A DNA stretch of 64,000 nt, from NCBI GenBank assembly GCA_964016885.1, contig OZ024742.1, positions 42,532,001-42,596,000 of the forward strand. Reading direction: 5' to 3'. This DNA is from Eledone cirrhosa (taxonomy: Eukaryota). Shown here in pieces: positions 59,418 through 64,000 of the stretch. The stretch's first letter is position 1. Every line of letters begins with the position of its first letter. The notes below the pieces were generated by a model that saw nothing but the letters and a program-made list of their open reading frames with translations, had not been told where the DNA came from and searched no databases. Both the position numbers and the translations under genes were made by a program.

Positions 59418-61649
59418 CTAGCAGATTTACCCGGCGTTGCTCGGGGTTTGAAATTATGCTAAGAATATACAGCTAGGAAGTAAAAGAAGAACATTATTTG
59501 TCCGCAACCTGTCAAAATAAGCAGAAGTTTTCAATAATTAATGCAACGAATATTTAGTGCAATCTTTGTACACATAAAACTATGTTGATAATGAAGAAAA
59601 ACACTGAACAGGGTGTAGTTATACAAATGATTAAAGACAATACACGTTGCAAATCTATAAAAAAAACAGGCAGTTTTGCTAAAGTACAAAAAGTTGTAAT
59701 GAAAGCAGAGTTGTATACAAACAAAAAAACAATGAGAGTAGAATAAGAGAAAATCTATTCTTTGAGAGCATCCTTTGCTGTGTATGGTTAAATTTTTAAC
59801 TTATAATCCAAAATATCCTGCATGACATATTCATTGATATGTTTTGTAATGAGTAAGGTGAAGTCAAGGCAGAGCTGTAATAAGTTTTTTGTTAACACTA
59901 AAGCACTTCAGGATAGACGATATTCTTTGTTTTTCTTTTCGGAACAAACGCAAAGAGATTATCTCGACTGCCAATTCGTGAGCAGGCAACGTAGAATTGA
60001 CCGTGCGAAAAGAAAGGTTCATCCAAGTGAATTCCAGCGACGGACAGAGTTTGACCTTGCGACTCCTTTATGGACATCGCAAAGGCAACACGAAAGGAAA
60101 ATTGGGTTCGGCAAAAGGAGAAGGGAGTATCCACGCCTGATGTAGTCAGGCTAATTTTTGTTATTATCACATCCTCGCCTTTTCCACATCCGGATAGAAT
60201 GGTAGCGTCAATACTAAGTGGAGACAGTTTTTTAACCACAAGGCGTGTACCATTGCATAGTTTTGGAGGAGTGATATTTCTCAGCAAAATAACTGTTCCC
60301 TCTTTCAGAACCAATGTATTAGGAGGTAAACCAGGAGGATTTAAAGAATTTAGAAATTCAACTAGATAATTGACCGCATCCTGTGGATCACATACAGTAT
60401 CAATAGATTTATATATCCGTGGACATCTAGGAAGAAGCTGAAGAAGCTGATCGTTAATACAGCTAACCGTGATATTTTTGCGTGCAAGTATGGCTCTTTC
60501 GGATAGCCAATCAAGATTCGTATCGTTATCACGCAAGTTCGGGAATACACTCGCCTTGAGATCATCGACAGTTTCAACTATATTGCAGATGTGATCAATT
60601 GCTATGTGTCCATCTGTATCCGGAGGTAGGTTACCATCTCATATTGTAAGAATGTCTCCAGAAAATGTTGATGACAGAGTGTCCCCATGCAATCTTGCAC
60701 GTATGTTGGTAGTTAGTCTTAATGATGTCACTTGTCGCCACAATGGTGAAGACTTAAGACATGCATTTACCGCATCTGCTCTTGTTCCTTTCGGTATTAT
60801 AGGAAGAGTGTGTCTAAAGTCTCCTGATAGCAGAAGGATGACCCCCCCCCCCCCCATAACATCACTGCAATCCCGTATGTCTTGCAAAGACCTGTCTAGT
60901 GCCTCAAGAGCACCTTTGTGCGCCATTGTGCACTCATCCCAAACAATAAGGTGACACCTTCGCAGCAGATGAGCCCTTTCGGAGTCTTTGGTGATATGAC
61001 AAGTAGGAGTTTCCAATTTTCCCAAATCAAGGGGCAATTTAAAAACTGAATGTACCATCCTTCCACCAGGGAGCAAAGTTGCTGCCTTTCATATTTGTGT
61101 ACTGTCTCTGCAGATCTTTCTGCAGCAGTATCTGTAGCATCCATAGAAGGTGTGTTTCACGTTGCTCTGTAGTCTCTGCAGCTCGTGCTGCAGCAGTTGC
61201 CTTAGCAATATTGGTTCGCTGCACTAACCGACGCTCAGGGGAGGACAAAGATGTTGCAATAACTGTACTCACCGCATTTAGTGTTTGTCTATTTTCGGTT
61301 ATCGGCGGAGCGTCATTTATACGCATTGTTTTCTTTGACCGATGGCCAATATGTACATACTTTCTTTTACGGGGCATATTTGGTGAAAAGGTTATCTCCC
61401 TTTTTTATAAGGATTGTCAATAAAGTTTGTTATCTCCCTTACCACAATTTTTCTACCGATAATTTTAATATCGATTTTTTTATTGTTCAACGTGGGTCGA
61501 TTTGAAAAATGTTTGTGATATGACAATCTTAGTGACCTGTGCAATGTGCACAGAAAATTTGGTCAAATTCAGTTGGTAATTGTGAAAGCCTTATGCATGC
61601 AAAGTTGTACACAGACACACACACATCCTCGCTTTTATATATATAAAGA
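59418..61649 (-). mobile_element. Internally deleted Helitron carrying the PIF1-like helicase C-terminal half
   Basis: Minus-strand 5' A|TCTTTATATATATAAAA and 3' CCCGAGCAACGCCGGG..CTAG|T; motifs IVWDECTM, GDFRHTLP, AFAMSIKESQGQTL, FSHGQFYVACSR; split over ORFs 59898-60536, 60639-61076, 61039-61377. Confidence 0.92.
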
Positions 61650-61862
61650 TATATGTATATTGACAGTCAATTGACTTTCGTCAAATTGGACCGGGGAAAC
61701 AATGTTTCCATTGGTCTTTCCAATTGCTAATACTATCTATCGGTTGCAACTCCAGGTAGAAGGAGCAACGTGAAATAAAGTGTTTTGCCCAAGGACACAA
61801 CGCATCACCCGGTTCAGGAATCGAACTCACAACCTCACGATTGCGAATCACAATATATATAT

Positions 61863-61956
<94 letters not shown>

Positions 61957-61959
<3 letters not shown>

Positions 61960-62112
61960 GATTTAAAACTGCACTATTCACAAGTGTGTTTTAAACTTCA
62001 TATCATGTCTCCCTATTTTATCTGACGAAAACGCAAATGTTATTGCATGATGATATTTGTTTTTGAAATGCGCATAATAAAATACATGGAACTCTTTTAA
62101 CCATCTTTTGAT

Positions 62113-62187
<75 letters not shown>

Positions 62188-62440
62188 AGGAGGTGAGTTT
62201 TATTGTAGTACAATAAAGCAATGCAGATATCGGATAAGAAGCACTCTACAATTTGTAAGACTGGAGTATACATAATATATAAGAACAAAAGATGGTTAAA
62301 GGAGTTCCATGTATTTTATTATGCGCATTTCAAAAACAAATAATCATCATGCAATAATATTTGTGTTTTCATCAGATAAAACAGGAGGACATGATATGAA
62401 GGCTAAAAAACACTTGTGGATAGTGCAGTTTTAAATCAAC
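61957..62440. repeat. Long inverted repeat / foldback element with ~165-bp arms
   Basis: 61957-62120 is an imperfect reverse complement of 62276-62440. Confidence 0.85.
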
Positions 62441-62452
62441 ATATCAACATAT

Positions 62453-62527
<75 letters not shown>

Positions 62528-63151
62528 CACAAACACACACACATATATATATAAGAGAGAAAAGGTGAAATTGGAAATAGCACGGAAAATATATTTAAGG
62601 GTCTGTTTTTCTTTTTTTTTCCTTTCTTTGATTCGTCACGTTGACATTTTTGAAAAAATGAGAGGAACAATTCTTTTAAAAAAGAGTTTTATAATGTATA
62701 TAAAATATAATCGGTTTTGATGCATTAGTAAAATTCATTGAGTATGACAATTAAAAAAGAATTAATAATAATTTAGAATTAAGTGTTGAGCAAAGTTTTT
62801 CTCATCTTCCTTCTTGAGGAGACTGGAAAAATGAACTCTGGTGTATAGAGAGAGAGGTATAGTCAGGGCGGTAGCAGCAGCAGTGGTGGTGGTTGTGTTT
62901 TTTCACACAGAACAAAGTTGTTTTTAGGGATAAAGGAGATATTCTGTAAATATGTGTGTGTATCTCAATTGTGTTAAGAGACTGGTCAAGAGTTCAGATG
63001 GGGGTGGGGAAGAGAGGAATTATAAGCTAGAGACAAATTCTATGGGATTGGCAACAGTAGGGTTGTAAAAGAAATTCTATTTTTGGAATATGGCTTTAGA
63101 GAGTGTGAGTGTGTACGTGTGAGAGTGTATATATAAAAATACACACATGCA

Positions 63152-63959
<808 letters not shown>

Positions 63960-64000
63960 GGGACAGCTGGAAGGCTTCCATTACTCATACTTCTTGCCTT

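Noticed and set aside
59898-61076. Host PIF1 helicase gene
   Set aside because: Intronless, fragmented, lacks Walker A and is enclosed by Helitron termini.

Overview
AT-rich eukaryotic (metazoan) DNA; the repeat landscape (tRNA-derived SINEs, RTE/CR1 LINE debris, long (TA)n tracts) suggests an octopod cephalopod, which is inference only. Bases 1-16876 are a ~560-copy 30-bp G-rich satellite with nested higher-order duplications (~8.07 kb, ~2.2 kb, 1.76 kb), apparently inside an intron of a minus-strand DZIP1/Iguana-family gene whose first recognisable coding exon is 17353-17526. A complete 11-exon DNAJC3 (P58IPK) gene lies on the plus strand (CDS 29282-49850, 486 aa), head-to-head with DZIP1, the same pairing I recall at human 13q32. 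Its promoter has an ERSE-like element; the putative DZIP1 promoter has an RFX X-box-like site flanked by forkhead sites. The rest is transposon debris: CRE-clade RLE retrotransposon fragments (one abutting the satellite), RTE/CR1 LINE pieces, SINE chains, piggyBac-, pogo- and hAT-like MITEs, a decayed mariner and two convergent Helitrons. The long repeat-derived ORFs are judged artefacts. I found no wholly new biological system that I can support; the best leads are the gene pair, its promoter motifs and the satellite architecture.
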